DNA of 64,000 nucleotides from a virus (lineage: Duplodnaviria; Caudoviricetes): the IMG/VR virus record IMGVR_UViG_3300020477_000013, positions 137,586 to 201,585 of that record; one strand, 5' to 3'. Positions 1 to 10,107 of the stretch are shown piece by piece; the stretch's first letter is position 1, and each line of letters begins with the position of its first letter. The notes below the pieces were generated by a model. The model was not told the DNA's origin and did no database searches. It was given only the letters and a program-made list of their open reading frames with translations. The translations under genes and the position numbers were made by a program.

Positions 1-159
1 CTGTGGTTCATACTCACATGATTCAGGAGGTTAACCAGATGCTGAGGGCTTTTAATATATAGTTATCTTTGTGAGATACATGTGTATAATCAACATGTCT
101 TTCGTGTCAAAAGAATGTGAAGGTACTAATTATACAAGGCGCAACATGGGAGCTAAGTC

Positions 160-609
160 ATGAGTTTAAATTGGGCAAATAATAATCATAATTACGTTCC
201 AGCGTATCAGATGTCGGGCCTTCCGTTTGCGACCGGATCCGCCTCTACGTCAGAGCTGGCCAACAACGTTGTCGTAAAGGTCAAATTTCCATACGTGACA
301 AGGTGGATTTATGTTCGGAATAATGGTTCAGGCGATCTTCGCTTAGGTTTTAGCGAGAATGGTGTTAATGCAAATAATGCAAATACATACAATGTGACAG
401 GTTCAAACAGGAACTACATTGTTATCCCTGCGGCCGCGGCCGGTAAATTTAGTCACCTTGGACCCCTGGAGGTTAAGTGTACATCTGTTTATCTCCGGCG
501 CGATGCTAGTACTTCTACTGGGTTCGAACTCATGGCAGGGTATACTGCTATTCCGGAAAATCAATTCCTTGTACTGACTGGGTCGAATGACTTCCAGGGT
601 GTTGGATAA
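160..609 (+). CDS. Hypothetical protein, possibly virion-associated
   Basis: 149-aa beta-rich ORF with RBS; YQMSGLPF start resembles small structural proteins of large phages (recall only). Confidence 0.5.
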   Translation: MSLNWANNNHNYVPAYQMSGLPFATGSASTSELANNVVVKVKFPYVTRWIYVRNNGSGDLRLGFSENGVNANNANTYNVTGSNRNYIVIPAAAAGKFSHLGPLEVKCTSVYLRRDASTSTGFELMAGYTAIPENQFLVLTGSNDFQGVG

Positions 610-649
610 TTTTTTTATAAATCTTATTGTCTCTCTATAGAATTGGCAT

Positions 650-1696
650 ATGGAAAAAGATTATTATGATATCTTAGGCGTATCTAGATCAGCGAATTCT
701 GATGATATAAAAAAAGCTTATCGAAAGCTAGCTGTTCAATTTCATCCGGATAAAAACCCGGACGATTCAGTTGCAGAAGAAAAATTCAAGGAGATAAGCG
801 AGGCATACAGCATTCTGTCTGATCCCACAAAGAGGTCACAATATGATTCACCTACGGGGTTTACACATGCCGAGGGCTTTAACACAGCGGGTGATTTCAA
901 CGATATCTTTCAGCAGTTTGGGTTTGACGATATTTTTTCTGGTTTTTTCGGCGGCCGCAGGAGGCGCCGTCAGCAGTCGAGGAACCCCAATATAGAGATG
1001 GAGATGGAGATCCCATTTCTCGACTCAGTACGCGGCGTGACGAATAAGATTCACCTGCAGCGCCGCGCGTCATGCGGCTCATGTCATGGCTCTGGTGCAA
1101 AGTTGGGTAGTAAGCCTGTGACATGCCCAACATGTAATGGCGCGGGAAGGACAGCACACAGGCAGGGGTTTATGTCTGTGACTATGGGATGCAGTACATG
1201 TTCTGGCTCCGGGAAAATTCTTACTGACCCTTGTTTGTCATGCTCTGGCACAGGCGTAACGCTGGAGACTGAAGAATTTGATATTAGGGTTCCTGCTGGG
1301 ATTCATGAAGGAGAATGTGTTGCTATAAGGGGGATGGGTGAGGTAGTGGATCCCTCTCTTCCACAAGGCGACTTAAATATTTTCATAAAAGTAAAGAAGA
1401 CAAAAGATTTTGACCGCCGAGGTAATGATATTTTCTCCGATGTATCAGTACCGTTTGAGATTGCTACGCTGGGAGGTACTGTAGATCTTACGACTATCCA
1501 CGGGACAAAAAAAGTGACTGTGCCGAAAGGTACACAGACAGGAAAGACAATTCGTGTAGCAGGTATGGGGGTTCACCATGAAACAGACTCTGCAAAGGGT
1601 GATCATTTTGCAAGGGTAATGATATCTGTTCCCACTACACTTACTGAGGATCAAGAGAATGTTTTGAGGATGTATTTTTCTTTGAACAATACATGA
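650..1696 (+). CDS. dnaJ: Chaperone DnaJ
   Basis: J-domain with HPD, G/F region, four CxxCxGxG repeats, C-terminal substrate domain. Confidence 0.95.
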   Translation: MEKDYYDILGVSRSANSDDIKKAYRKLAVQFHPDKNPDDSVAEEKFKEISEAYSILSDPTKRSQYDSPTGFTHAEGFNTAGDFNDIFQQFGFDDIFSGFFGGRRRRRQQSRNPNIEMEMEIPFLDSVRGVTNKIHLQRRASCGSCHGSGAKLGSKPVTCPTCNGAGRTAHRQGFMSVTMGCSTCSGSGKILTDPCLSCSGTGVTLETEEFDIRVPAGIHEGECVAIRGMGEVVDPSLPQGDLNIFIKVKKTKDFDRRGNDIFSDVSVPFEIATLGGTVDLTTIHGTKKVTVPKGTQTGKTIRVAGMGVHHETDSAKGDHFARVMISVPTTLTEDQENVLRMYFSLNNT

Positions 1697-1741
1697 TAAC
1701 GGTTTAATTTTTTAACTAAGAAGCAAAAGGAGCCGCAAGGG

Positions 1742-1960
1742 ATGGATACCATCGAAGATCTCAAGAAGCTTAATAAAGAGCTCAATGAAGAGATTAATAA
1801 CTTAGAGTCTGATCTTGAATTTTGCCGAAGGGAACTAGCCGAATCCGTACGGGACGACATAGAATACCAGGCGACAATTCGAAAATTGCGTGCAGAAGTC
1901 AATAATTTAAAAAACAAGATTAAAGTTCTAGAGAGCCCTAACACAGGAGGAGATGAGTAA
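1742..1960 (+). CDS. Coiled-coil hypothetical protein
   Basis: 72 aa, heptad pattern, RBS AAGG, TAATG overlap with next gene. Confidence 0.7.
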   Translation: MDTIEDLKKLNKELNEEINNLESDLEFCRRELAESVRDDIEYQATIRKLRAEVNNLKNKIKVLESPNTGGDE

Positions 1961-2145
1961 TGGCAATGTCAGTAAAGAAGATGACAGGAATGCCTAGCCC
2001 AAAGAAGAAGACGTCACAGGGGTGTGGGAAATACACAAAGACATCCCATGCTGGGGGCGAGACTTATTACGGGCATGTGAGGTCTGGGTCACCACCAGGC
2101 AAAGCACATAGGAGAAAGAAGCCTTATAGGGGACAAGGTAGATAA
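1960..2145 (+). CDS. Small basic protein (KKTSQG...KKPYRGQGR type)
   Basis: 61 aa, RBS AGGAG; motif typical of small basic proteins of large marine phages. Confidence 0.7.
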   Translation: MAMSVKKMTGMPSPKKKTSQGCGKYTKTSHAGGETYYGHVRSGSPPGKAHRRKKPYRGQGR

Positions 2146-2414
2146 TGCAAGGCCAACCCTGGAAAGTCGAAAAGATATTTGATACATTTGAGCTAGCTGA
2201 TAAGAAGCGCAAGAATATTCTCCGAAATTCAGAAAATGTAAGTGTGAAGGTTAAGAGGATGTCAACCGGTAAATTTGCCGTGAAGACTAGGACACAGCAC
2301 GTTGATGCCTCCGCGGTGGCTAGGGAAGATAAGCAGCCCCTTAGTCCAAAAAAGCTTAGGCAGGAAAAGAAGCGCAAAAATCGAGAACGTCGAGCTAAGA
2401 AAATGCCGTCCTAA
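2145..2414 (+). CDS. Basic hypothetical protein
   Basis: 89 aa, translationally coupled (TAATG). Confidence 0.65.
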   Translation: MQGQPWKVEKIFDTFELADKKRKNILRNSENVSVKVKRMSTGKFAVKTRTQHVDASAVAREDKQPLSPKKLRQEKKRKNRERRAKKMPS

Positions 2415-2427
2415 TACCTTCCACTTA

Positions 2428-2456
2428 GTGCAAAAATCGAATATTTATTTTATAAT
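2428..2456 (+). promoter_or_regulatory. Early-type promoter GTGCAA-N17-TATAAT
   Basis: Exact motif, followed by GGAGG RBS and ATG 2482. Confidence 0.8.
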
Positions 2457-2481
2457 AATATTGTAAGGCACGGAGGATACC

Positions 2482-3306
2482 ATGGCACGAAAGTCAAGAG
2501 AATTGAGACTTTCACAATCTAGAGACCTAATGCTTGCTTACGAAGAAGCATGTATGGACTCTGATTATCGATATCGGTTTATCGGTGACATGGTAAGGAG
2601 GCTTGAACGCCCTAAGGCCCTAAGTCAAAAGCAACGAAAGTGGCTGGATTCTCTTATCGACGAGGGGGCCCCCGCGCCTAAAGGCGACCCAGTTCTCATA
2701 CAGAAGATTAAAGATGCTGCTGAGCTTGACGGGATGCAGCATCGCCGTCAGGTTCTATGTGATTTTGCCGGAACGATTTGTAGAGGATATACCCTCAGCG
2801 AAAAGCAGTTTAAATTTTTGGATATCATGTTATCTGAGGCGGAAGAGATTAGGCAGAATGGAAGGTATCGCCCTGCGGATCCTGGCCGGTTAGCCACCGC
2901 AAGTTCGCTGTTGTCAGGTAAGTCAGAGTGGTATTGGGCTCACCGCCGTGGTACAGCGAAAGCCTATCATAAAGTTCAATCATGGCTTAAGTGGAACACC
3001 ATGCGAGAGGTGATTGAAGAAGTTAAGCTGCTTGGCAAAGAAACAAACCACGTTTTAGGTGAAGAGCCGGTTATCGATGAGTGGTCGTGCGAAAAGGTTT
3101 TGAAGGCAGCAAAAACCGGTTTGTCTGAGATTGACTCTCCTCGTCATGAGGTCGGTGCACTACGTTATGTGGTCCTCGCCGGAAAAAGCATTCCCGGCAT
3201 GGTAATGACTGAACCAAAAGTTATGGGTAATGATGTTAAGCAACAAATCCTGGTGGGGGGTGAAATGATTACATGCTCCACTACAGATATTCGTAAAAGA
3301 AAATAA
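2482..3306 (+). CDS. Hypothetical protein (putative early)
   Basis: 274 aa ORF downstream of promoter, strong RBS. Confidence 0.75.
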   Translation: MARKSRELRLSQSRDLMLAYEEACMDSDYRYRFIGDMVRRLERPKALSQKQRKWLDSLIDEGAPAPKGDPVLIQKIKDAAELDGMQHRRQVLCDFAGTICRGYTLSEKQFKFLDIMLSEAEEIRQNGRYRPADPGRLATASSLLSGKSEWYWAHRRGTAKAYHKVQSWLKWNTMREVIEEVKLLGKETNHVLGEEPVIDEWSCEKVLKAAKTGLSEIDSPRHEVGALRYVVLAGKSIPGMVMTEPKVMGNDVKQQILVGGEMITCSTTDIRKRK

Positions 3307-3404
3307 ATGCAGTAAAAAAGGTTTATACACTTAGCACAGTATAGATAGAATATTCACAACCTGGGGTCACTTGGCCCCTTTGTTATATTAAAAAAGGTAT
3401 TAAA

Positions 3405-3767
3405 ATGTTGAGAATAATTTTGGTAATAGCGATGATTGCTGTCTCTCTTCTGTTGATGGGTTGCAGTGATGATGTTGTCAATGAGGTATCAGATACCCAG
3501 GGGGTTTCTGTATCGGAGGACGCTTTGGGCTCGGATGCATCTGGGTTAGATGCTGAGGGTTCTCCAGCAGATGCTGGTGAAGCTTCCACCGACGTTGACG
3601 AGCAAGATAGTGCTGCCTCAGAGGGTGGTGATTCTGTACCAGCAGAGCCCATTGGCGATGATGCCGAGGAACTACCCTCAGATCCAACTGAGAATCCTGG
3701 TGATCAGTCAGCACATTATTCATTTCCCGCTTGGGAAATTCCACCTTCAAATGACGATAACAGATAG
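3405..3767 (+). CDS. Putative lipoprotein with acidic low-complexity body
   Basis: Hydrophobic N-terminus ending LLMGC (lipobox), Asp/Glu/Ser-rich remainder. Confidence 0.6.
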   Translation: MLRIILVIAMIAVSLLLMGCSDDVVNEVSDTQGVSVSEDALGSDASGLDAEGSPADAGEASTDVDEQDSAASEGGDSVPAEPIGDDAEELPSDPTENPGDQSAHYSFPAWEIPPSNDDNR

Positions 3768-3777
3768 GAGGTTTATC

Positions 3778-4113
3778 ATGAAGGAATTTTTAAAGAAGAA
3801 TGGTATTTGGGTCGTTGCAGTTACGGTAATTGTTGCAGTTTTGCTTTGGGTATCTGGTATCGTGGGTAGTTTTGTGCCTGGTGTAGCTACTAACACTAAC
3901 ACAGCCACTGATACTACTATCACTGCGCCTGCGTCGACATCTACTTCTGGTGAGAATACAGGTACAACCACAGGTACAACCACAGGTACAACCACAGGTA
4001 CAACCACAGGTACGACGAATACGGGTACAACAACTACACCTGAGAATTCTGTGCCTACGATTGAGGGTACCTCCACGAATGCTGATAAGACGAATATTAA
4101 TACAGACAATTAA
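3778..4113 (+). CDS. Membrane-anchored Thr-rich protein
   Basis: RBS AGGAGG before ATG 3778; N-terminal TM helix; TTTG repeats. Confidence 0.7.
   Translation: MKEFLKKNGIWVVAVTVIVAVLLWVSGIVGSFVPGVATNTNTATDTTITAPASTSTSGENTGTTTGTTTGTTTGTTTGTTNTGTTTTPENSVPTIEGTSTNADKTNINTDN
3958..4017 (+). repeat. 12-bp tandem repeat ACAGGTACAACC x4 plus one degenerate copy
   Basis: Read directly; encodes TGTT repeats. Confidence 0.9.
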
Positions 4114-4135
4114 TATACGCTATTAAGCATGCCAT

Positions 4136-4170
4136 AAAAGGCATCCCCGGCATCGGGGATGCCTTTTTTA
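4136..4170 (+). terminator. Rho-independent terminator, probably bidirectional
   Basis: AAAAGGCATCCCCG-GCAT-CGGGGATGCCTTTT followed by T-run. Confidence 0.9.
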
Positions 4171-4246
4171 TTATAACCATGTCTATACCACGTAGTGCCA
4201 CACATGATGCTTGTACACTGTATGTGGGTTATATAAGGTTTAACAT

Positions 4247-4320
4247 GTTCTCGTAGCTCAGCTGGATAGAGCGACCGCCTCCTAAGCGGTAGGTCGCAGG
4301 TTCGAATCCTGCCGGGAACG
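4247..4320 (+). tRNA. tRNA-Arg(CCT)
   Basis: Cloverleaf, anticodon loop CTCCTAA, TTCGAAT T-loop, no encoded CCA. Confidence 0.93.
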
Positions 4321-4321
4321 A

Positions 4322-4654
4322 TTAATACTCACTATCGGAAGCATCAGGTAGTCTCATTGTTATCCTGCCGCTTTCAAGCTCGTCAGAAAGGAATTTTTGT
4401 GTATAAGATAATTCATGCCTAAATTTTTCGAGTTGCCGTTCGACATGATGATATTCTACGTTGACTAATTCTTCTATTTTGTTTAGCCTATCATGGACTC
4501 CGGCGTCCCATTCATATTCTGCTGACATTTTTTTTCTTTCTAAGATAATTCCTATAGAGAAGCCAAGAACAAATGCAGCCGCTACTGCGGCTACAAAAAC
4601 AATGACGTCCATTATTTCCAACCCAATCATGATTTTATAAATAAGCGATAGCAA
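4322..4654 (-). CDS. Hypothetical membrane protein
   Basis: 110 aa with one TM segment; start uncertain. Confidence 0.55.
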   Translation of the reverse strand: MLSLIYKIMIGLEIMDVIVFVAAVAAAFVLGFSIGIILERKKMSAEYEWDAGVHDRLNKIEELVNVEYHHVERQLEKFRHELSYTQKFLSDELESGRITMRLPDASDSEY

Positions 4655-4706
4655 TTAACTTATACACATAATGGAAAATTAAATCTTATTACGAGGTAGT
4701 AGGCTG

Positions 4707-5780
4707 ATGGCAGTAACTAAAATTCATTACAGCAGAACGAGCGAAGGGGGGGTGGAACGAGCAGTCGGTCACGCCCTGAAAGCTTACCCAGGTACACTTT
4801 TAATATTCGTGGCCGATTCGTCTAAAATATATGATGCAGTACGAGAGCGTTATCCTTTTCATGCTTGTATTCTTGCCGATAAGGAGCCTGATGAAGTCGT
4901 ACCTGATATACTTAAGGAAAAGCGTATTGACATCAAGCAAGCAACATTTGTAATTGCATGCAACAGCGACCAGAAAGCCTTAAGGTATGTTGTATATATC
5001 ACTGAGAATGGTGGGAAATATTTTCCCTGTGAAGACTCAAGGACGGCACAATATTTTCACATTAATGATAAGTGCTTTAGCATTGTAAATAGGCTGATGT
5101 GGATAGCACCAAGCCATGTATCGGTCGACCAGTGGTGTAACATTATTCAGGCTATCGATATGACTTCCGATCTCACTGGCTCATACGTCGAGATAGGTGT
5201 GTTTAGAGGTTCTAGTGCAAAAGTTGCGTATGATTATTATAATACCATATGTAGGGAACAGACATGCTATTTTTTAGATACGTTTGGAGGGTTTCTTTAT
5301 GATAGTGCTAAGGACAGCCCTGACGCTAGGTGGGCAGAGGCCGATTTGCATGTTGTAGAGGATCATCCTATTTTCGGTAATTTGAAAGAGCAAGTTGGGG
5401 CATATTTGGATGGTAAGGCGGTGACTGCACATGGCGTGCTAGTACCTCCAGCTTCATGTACTAGCGGCACCCCGGATTCAACATATGCGGAATATAAATT
5501 GGTATCATGTGATATTTGTGAAGATAACCTCCCTGGGGAGATAAAAAAGATCGCGGTATGTAATATCGACGTTGACCTCCAGGGTGCTATTGAGGCTGCT
5601 CTAAGAAAGTGTCATCCTGTGATGGAATCAGGTGGTATAATGATAGTTCAAGACCCCGGAAAGACTCCTAGGCTTATCGGCGCCCGCCACGGTCTAGATA
5701 AATTCATGCAAGAGTTTGGCTCTAATTATCACCAAGTATACCTTGAGTCGTCAGGTCAGACTTACCTTATCAAGAAATAA
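4707..5780 (+). CDS. Class I SAM-dependent methyltransferase (TylF/MycF-like) with N-terminal extension
   Basis: YVEIGVFRGSS, YFLDTFGG, NIDVD, GGIMIVQD motifs. Confidence 0.75.
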   Translation: MAVTKIHYSRTSEGGVERAVGHALKAYPGTLLIFVADSSKIYDAVRERYPFHACILADKEPDEVVPDILKEKRIDIKQATFVIACNSDQKALRYVVYITENGGKYFPCEDSRTAQYFHINDKCFSIVNRLMWIAPSHVSVDQWCNIIQAIDMTSDLTGSYVEIGVFRGSSAKVAYDYYNTICREQTCYFLDTFGGFLYDSAKDSPDARWAEADLHVVEDHPIFGNLKEQVGAYLDGKAVTAHGVLVPPASCTSGTPDSTYAEYKLVSCDICEDNLPGEIKKIAVCNIDVDLQGAIEAALRKCHPVMESGGIMIVQDPGKTPRLIGARHGLDKFMQEFGSNYHQVYLESSGQTYLIKK

Positions 5781-5794
5781 GAGGAAGGTGCTCA

Positions 5795-6409
5795 ATGATT
5801 AAGTTGCTAGGGAAGGTGCCACGCAAGATATACGTTGCTTGTTCTGGTGGTTCCGATTCGATTGCTGCTTTAGATTTTTTAAGGCGTGGCAATCGGGATG
5901 TGTCTGCATGTTATTTTGACCATGTGACAGATCACAGCCCTGTAGCATGTGATGCAGTCAGTTCATATTGTAGCGAGCATGGTTTATCACTCACTTTAGG
6001 TAGTTGTAAGCGCACGAAAAGCAAGGGGGAGAGCTGGGAGGAGTATTGGAGAAATGAGAGGCTAGATTTCTTTCACTCTTTAGATGCACCAGTGGTTACA
6101 GGACATACATTAGACGACGTGTGTGAGTGGTGGGTGTTTACTTCGCTGACTGGGGTTCCTCGATTGATCCCATATGCACATAAAAACGTCATTAGGCCAT
6201 TCATGCTAACACCAAAGGCTGATATGGTTTCGTGGTGTGAGAAGAAGGGAATCAAATTCGTTGAAGACCCGTCGAATTTTAGTGACAAGTATATGAGGTC
6301 GTTTATCAGAAAAAATATGATGCCTCATGCACTTTATGTGAACCCTGGGTTTTATAAAGTTATGAGAAAAAAGCTAATCGATGAAACATCACACTTGGGA
6401 AGTGTATAG
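5795..6409 (+). CDS. tilS: tRNA(Ile)-lysidine synthetase, PP-loop domain only
   Basis: ACSGGSDS PP-loop, R-x-x-R, TGHTLDD, IRP, DPSN, RSFIR motifs. Confidence 0.88.
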   Translation: MIKLLGKVPRKIYVACSGGSDSIAALDFLRRGNRDVSACYFDHVTDHSPVACDAVSSYCSEHGLSLTLGSCKRTKSKGESWEEYWRNERLDFFHSLDAPVVTGHTLDDVCEWWVFTSLTGVPRLIPYAHKNVIRPFMLTPKADMVSWCEKKGIKFVEDPSNFSDKYMRSFIRKNMMPHALYVNPGFYKVMRKKLIDETSHLGSV

Positions 6410-6437
6410 TTTGGTATACATTTTTTAAGCAATCTTC

Positions 6438-6515
6438 GGGCCCCTAGCTCAATCAGGTTAGAGCAAGCGGCTCATAACCGCTAGGTTCAGGGTTCAAGTC
6501 CCTGGGGGCCCACCA
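6438..6515 (+). tRNA. tRNA-CAT, likely tRNA-Ile2
   Basis: Cloverleaf with CCA; CGGCTCATAACCG arm like bacterial Ile2; C4:G69 and C5:G68; not an initiator; adjacent to tilS. Confidence 0.9.
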
Positions 6516-6540
6516 AAAACTATGAAGACAGGTTTTTATC

Positions 6541-7575
6541 TTGAGTAATATTACTAGCGCAATTTGTTTTGATGATGTCTTGCTTGTCCCTAAGTATTCT
6601 GATATCCATTCAAGAAAAGAGATCGACTTGAGCGTCCCGCTACCTCGTACTAACATGTCTTTGGAAGTACCTATCATCTCTAGCCCGATGGATACAGTTA
6701 CTGAAGATAACATGTCACATGCCATGTATGCATCAGGGGGCATGGGGATTATTCATAGGTATAATACTGTGGACAGGCAGGTCGAGATCTTAAATGATGC
6801 GATTATCGCCGGTGTGAAGCTGCCGGCTGCGGCTGTGGGTGTGTCTGGCGATTATCTAGATAGGGCAAGGGCATTGGCTGCCCATGGTGCAAAGGTTATA
6901 TGCATCGATATTGCTCACGGTCATCATATCCTTATGAAGAATGCATTGTATGAACTGAGATGCTCACTTGGTAAAAGCGTGCATATTATGGCAGGTAATG
7001 TTGCAACTCTTGATGCGTTTAATGATCTTGCAGACTGGGGTGCTGACAGTATCAGGGTAGGAATAGGGGGCGGTTCAATCTGCTCTACACGTGTCCAGAC
7101 TGGGCATGGAATGCCAACACTCCAGACAATTTTTCACTGCGCAAAATCAGATAGGGATGCGTTGCTTATCGCCGACGGAGGAATTCGAAATAGCGGAGAT
7201 ATCGTTAAGGCATTAGCGGCTGGAGCAGATGCGGTGATGCTGGGCTCTCTACTTGCAGGTACTGATGAGTCTCCTGGTGAGGTTATTTATATTCCCACCG
7301 AAGACAGGCGAGTCAAGGCTTATCGTGGTATGGCTTCAATAGAAGCCCAGGTTGATTGGCGGGGTCATACATCATCAGTGGAAGGTGTTTCAACGACCAT
7401 TGATTATAAGGGTCCTGTCGGGGTAGTCATTGGAGGCCTAGTAACAGGCATAAGGTCAGGCTTATCCTACTCTGGAGCAAGGGATGTAAGGGAGTTCCAA
7501 GCAGCAGCAGAATTTATAAGGCAAAGTGCAGCTGGGGCTGTTGAGAGTTCAACCCACATCCTAAAGTCTTCTTAG
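6541..7575 (+). CDS. guaB: IMP dehydrogenase / GMP reductase family, no CBS domains
   Basis: [19 protein letters not shown] catalytic Cys loop, ADGGI, YRGMAS, EGV; IMPDH versus GMPR not resolvable. Confidence 0.8.
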   Translation: MSNITSAICFDDVLLVPKYSDIHSRKEIDLSVPLPRTNMSLEVPIISSPMDTVTEDNMSHAMYASGGMGIIHRYNTVDRQVEILNDAIIAGVKLPAAAVGVSGDYLDRARALAAHGAKVICIDIAHGHHILMKNALYELRCSLGKSVHIMAGNVATLDAFNDLADWGADSIRVGIGGGSICSTRVQTGHGMPTLQTIFHCAKSDRDALLIADGGIRNSGDIVKALAAGADAVMLGSLLAGTDESPGEVIYIPTEDRRVKAYRGMASIEAQVDWRGHTSSVEGVSTTIDYKGPVGVVIGGLVTGIRSGLSYSGARDVREFQAAAEFIRQSAAGAVESSTHILKSS

Positions 7576-7616
7576 CCTACATATTTATATAACATAAATA
7601 ATGTGAGGAAAACACC

Positions 7617-8198
7617 ATGCAGGTTTTGGCATTAGACTTAAGCTATGTAATGGCACCTTCTATCTCGGAATATGATTCCTTCCCGTGCAGCACAAGAATA
7701 AGCCCTGAGAAGCACTGGGATGCCATTAGGCATTCAACTGGAAAAGATCGGTTTGCGTTTAGTCTAGAGAGATTAGGCGAATTAATACGGGTTTTTTCGA
7801 AAGCGCTTAAGAATATAGAGCAAGATCAAATACACTGGGTGATGCACCAGAGTGATGTTTTACCCGTTCTAGTGTCATGTGACCACCTAACAATACATAA
7901 TATTGACCATCACCATGATATAGAGTCTCAGTCACTCGATATGGCAGGGTGGGTACATGAGCTTGATAGGCAGAAATTAGTTGATGAATATACCTGGTGG
8001 CGAAATAGGAATTCTAAAAACATAAATGAGGATATGCTGAACTGCTCTTATGGTGAAACTACATTTTCAAAAAGGCAGCCCATGAAAAACCCGGATGTTG
8101 TTATTATTTCACGCTCACCCTTGATGGTACCACCCGAGTTACAAGGGCTTTACGATATTTTTCAAGGTATGGCATGTTCGTGGTTCAATTCTCACTGA
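7617..8198 (+). CDS. Hypothetical protein, possible arginase/deacetylase-like fold
   Basis: 193 aa; NIDHHHD metal-binding-like motif. Confidence 0.55.
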   Translation: MQVLALDLSYVMAPSISEYDSFPCSTRISPEKHWDAIRHSTGKDRFAFSLERLGELIRVFSKALKNIEQDQIHWVMHQSDVLPVLVSCDHLTIHNIDHHHDIESQSLDMAGWVHELDRQKLVDEYTWWRNRNSKNINEDMLNCSYGETTFSKRQPMKNPDVVIISRSPLMVPPELQGLYDIFQGMACSWFNSH

Positions 8199-8231
8199 TA
8201 TTTGCTTAGTGTTTTAGGATGATAGTTAATT

Positions 8232-8606
8232 ATGACGACGGGGAGTCGAGGCGTGGAATATACGAAGCACTTGCTTAAGGTTCTGATAGGTGAAATGATA
8301 GAGGCTAGAGACCCGTTAACGGTACCAGGTCCTGCTATGTGGCGTGCACAAGCCCAGAAAAGAAAAGATGCAGAGGCCGAAGCAGAAGAGAAGAAGAAAA
8401 AGCGAACACCTAAGTCCTCTACAGGTCATGAATACTCACCAGCCAGCGGGTTTGTTGACTACTATGGCGACACCAATGATGCATCATTTATGGATGATTA
8501 CGGTTACTATGGGTACCCAGAGGTGGGTGACTATGACGACTATGACGACTATGACGACTATGACGACTATGATGGTGGTTATGATATAGGTGAAGGCGAT
8601 TACTAG
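8232..8606 (+). CDS. Hypothetical protein with Asp/Tyr-rich tail
   Basis: 124 aa; LLKVLIGE resembles degenerate leader; DYD repeats. Confidence 0.65.
   Translation: MTTGSRGVEYTKHLLKVLIGEMIEARDPLTVPGPAMWRAQAQKRKDAEAEAEEKKKKRTPKSSTGHEYSPASGFVDYYGDTNDASFMDDYGYYGYPEVGDYDDYDDYDDYDDYDGGYDIGEGDY
8529..8573 (+). repeat. 9-bp tandem repeat GACTATGAC x4 plus one variant
   Basis: Read directly; encodes DYD. Confidence 0.9.
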
Positions 8607-8609
8607 TTT

Positions 8610-8783
8610 ATGAAGTTAGATATTAAAACGCTCATTACGCTTTTGTCCATCGCTGCTATGCTGGGGGGCTTCTATTATTCTACCGAGGTTCGTCTTGATA
8701 CATTGGAAAGTAATGTTGTTGAATTAAAGTCTGAAATTCAGGGGCTGAAAAAGCAAGTTAACAGACTTAAGAAAAGGAATTAA
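8610..8783 (+). CDS. Small TM plus coiled-coil protein (57 aa)
   Basis: Own translation MKLDIKTLITLLSIAAMLGGFYY...KKRN; below ORF-track cutoff. Confidence 0.65.
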   Translation: MKLDIKTLITLLSIAAMLGGFYYSTEVRLDTLESNVVELKSEIQGLKKQVNRLKKRN

Positions 8784-8786
8784 GGG

Positions 8787-8942
8787 ATGTCTGACACAGT
8801 AGTTGCATCATTAATAATTTTAGGATTCACTGTCACGGGTATATTTTTAGGTGCATGGTTTGCCGCACGGGGGTTCGAGAAATCGCTTATTCAAATGATG
8901 GATGATCCTGATGCACCGTGGAACAAGGAGGATGAAGAGTGA
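8787..8942 (+). CDS. Small membrane protein (51 aa)
   Basis: Own translation MSDTVVASLIILGFTVTGIFLGAWF...; overlaps next GTG. Confidence 0.6.
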   Translation: MSDTVVASLIILGFTVTGIFLGAWFAARGFEKSLIQMMDDPDAPWNKEDEE

Positions 8943-9313
8943 GAATTACAAAGAAGCAGCTAAGGCAAGTCATTCGTGAAGCAGTCGAAGAAAATGAGCT
9001 GCTCGGCCTTACGGGCCCATGGCATGAAGTCGTAGCTGCATACATAGCTCGTGGTCCCGGTAATGGGAGTCAGTCTGCAACAAATATGGTGCTTAATAAG
9101 TTACACATGGGCCCGGATCTATGGCGTATGCAAGAGGATGTTTTAGAGGACATGCTTATTGAGCTTGGGCCAAATGCCACCCCTGAACAAATTGATGCGG
9201 TGAGTATTGAATTTCGCGATGGCGTTCGTGCCAATAAGTGGATGCCTCAAACCAAGGAAGAAATGGAGGCTGATTGGGCCCGCGGCGGAAAGCCTCGTGC
9301 GGATTACAGTTAG
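8939..9313 (+). CDS. Leader-family protein (MRITKKQLRQVIRE)
   Basis: Shared N-terminal leader, RBS GGAGG. Confidence 0.8.
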   Translation: MRITKKQLRQVIREAVEENELLGLTGPWHEVVAAYIARGPGNGSQSATNMVLNKLHMGPDLWRMQEDVLEDMLIELGPNATPEQIDAVSIEFRDGVRANKWMPQTKEEMEADWARGGKPRADYS

Positions 9314-9321
9314 GGTGTTAG

Positions 9322-9567
9322 ATGAAAATTACACGTAGCCAACTTAGAAGAATCATCCGAGAAGCGATATTGCTAGAAGACAAAGAGGGAAAAGGAAAAT
9401 GCCCTGATGATGGTTGTGTTCAAAAGCGCTCGAAGGGCTGGGTTATTATCTCTAACAAGACCGGAGAATGCTGGGGCAGAAGTAAGAAGCAGGGAGGCGA
9501 GTGTACATATTATGGCTCAAGGGAAAAAGCTGAAGCAGCGCTTGGCGCTTATCATGCAGGTGGGTAA
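9322..9567 (+). CDS. Leader-family protein, Cys-containing cargo
   Basis: MKITRSQLRRIIRE; four Cys. Confidence 0.8.
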   Translation: MKITRSQLRRIIREAILLEDKEGKGKCPDDGCVQKRSKGWVIISNKTGECWGRSKKQGGECTYYGSREKAEAALGAYHAGG

Positions 9568-9816
9568 ATGAAGATGTCTGGCAAACAGTTGAGAAAGATT
9601 ATTCGAGAGACGTTATCATTGGACCTTGAGGTTGGTGACGTAATTCTAACAGGCCGATTCAAGAATAAGCGCACTGTCGTTAGGGAACTAGGGACTGATG
9701 ATCTAGGTCAACCAACCGTTAACGGGATGAAGGTCTTATCTTTTCGCATTGAAAAACTGATGCCAAAAAGTAAGTGGAGTAAGAAGACACTGGAAGAGAT
9801 AGGGGAAGACGAATGA
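9568..9816 (+). CDS. Leader-family protein
   Basis: MKMSGKQLRKIIRE. Confidence 0.8.
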   Translation: MKMSGKQLRKIIRETLSLDLEVGDVILTGRFKNKRTVVRELGTDDLGQPTVNGMKVLSFRIEKLMPKSKWSKKTLEEIGEDE

Positions 9817-10100
9817 GAATAGGGTTATCAAATTTGAGAATGTTGATTAGAGAGGCATTGGAGGTGTCTGATGAAGAGATTAGGGCATTTCTTTCTGACC
9901 AGGCTGCAACTTACCATCAGGACCACAGTCTAGACATTGATGGTGATGAAATTCCGGATGCATCCGCTATTCGTGAACTACTGCAGGCCGATTTTCTAAA
10001 TAACTTTAGTCATATCTCAATTAGCGATTATGCTGATCTTATTGACAGGTTATCTGTGATGCCTGACGTCAAGTGGTCACGCCCTGTGATGATGGTGTAG
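9813..10100 (+). CDS. Leader-family protein (divergent leader)
   Basis: MRIGLSNLRMLIRE. Confidence 0.75.
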   Translation: MRIGLSNLRMLIREALEVSDEEIRAFLSDQAATYHQDHSLDIDGDEIPDASAIRELLQADFLNNFSHISISDYADLIDRLSVMPDVKWSRPVMMV

Positions 10101-10107
10101 GTTATAG

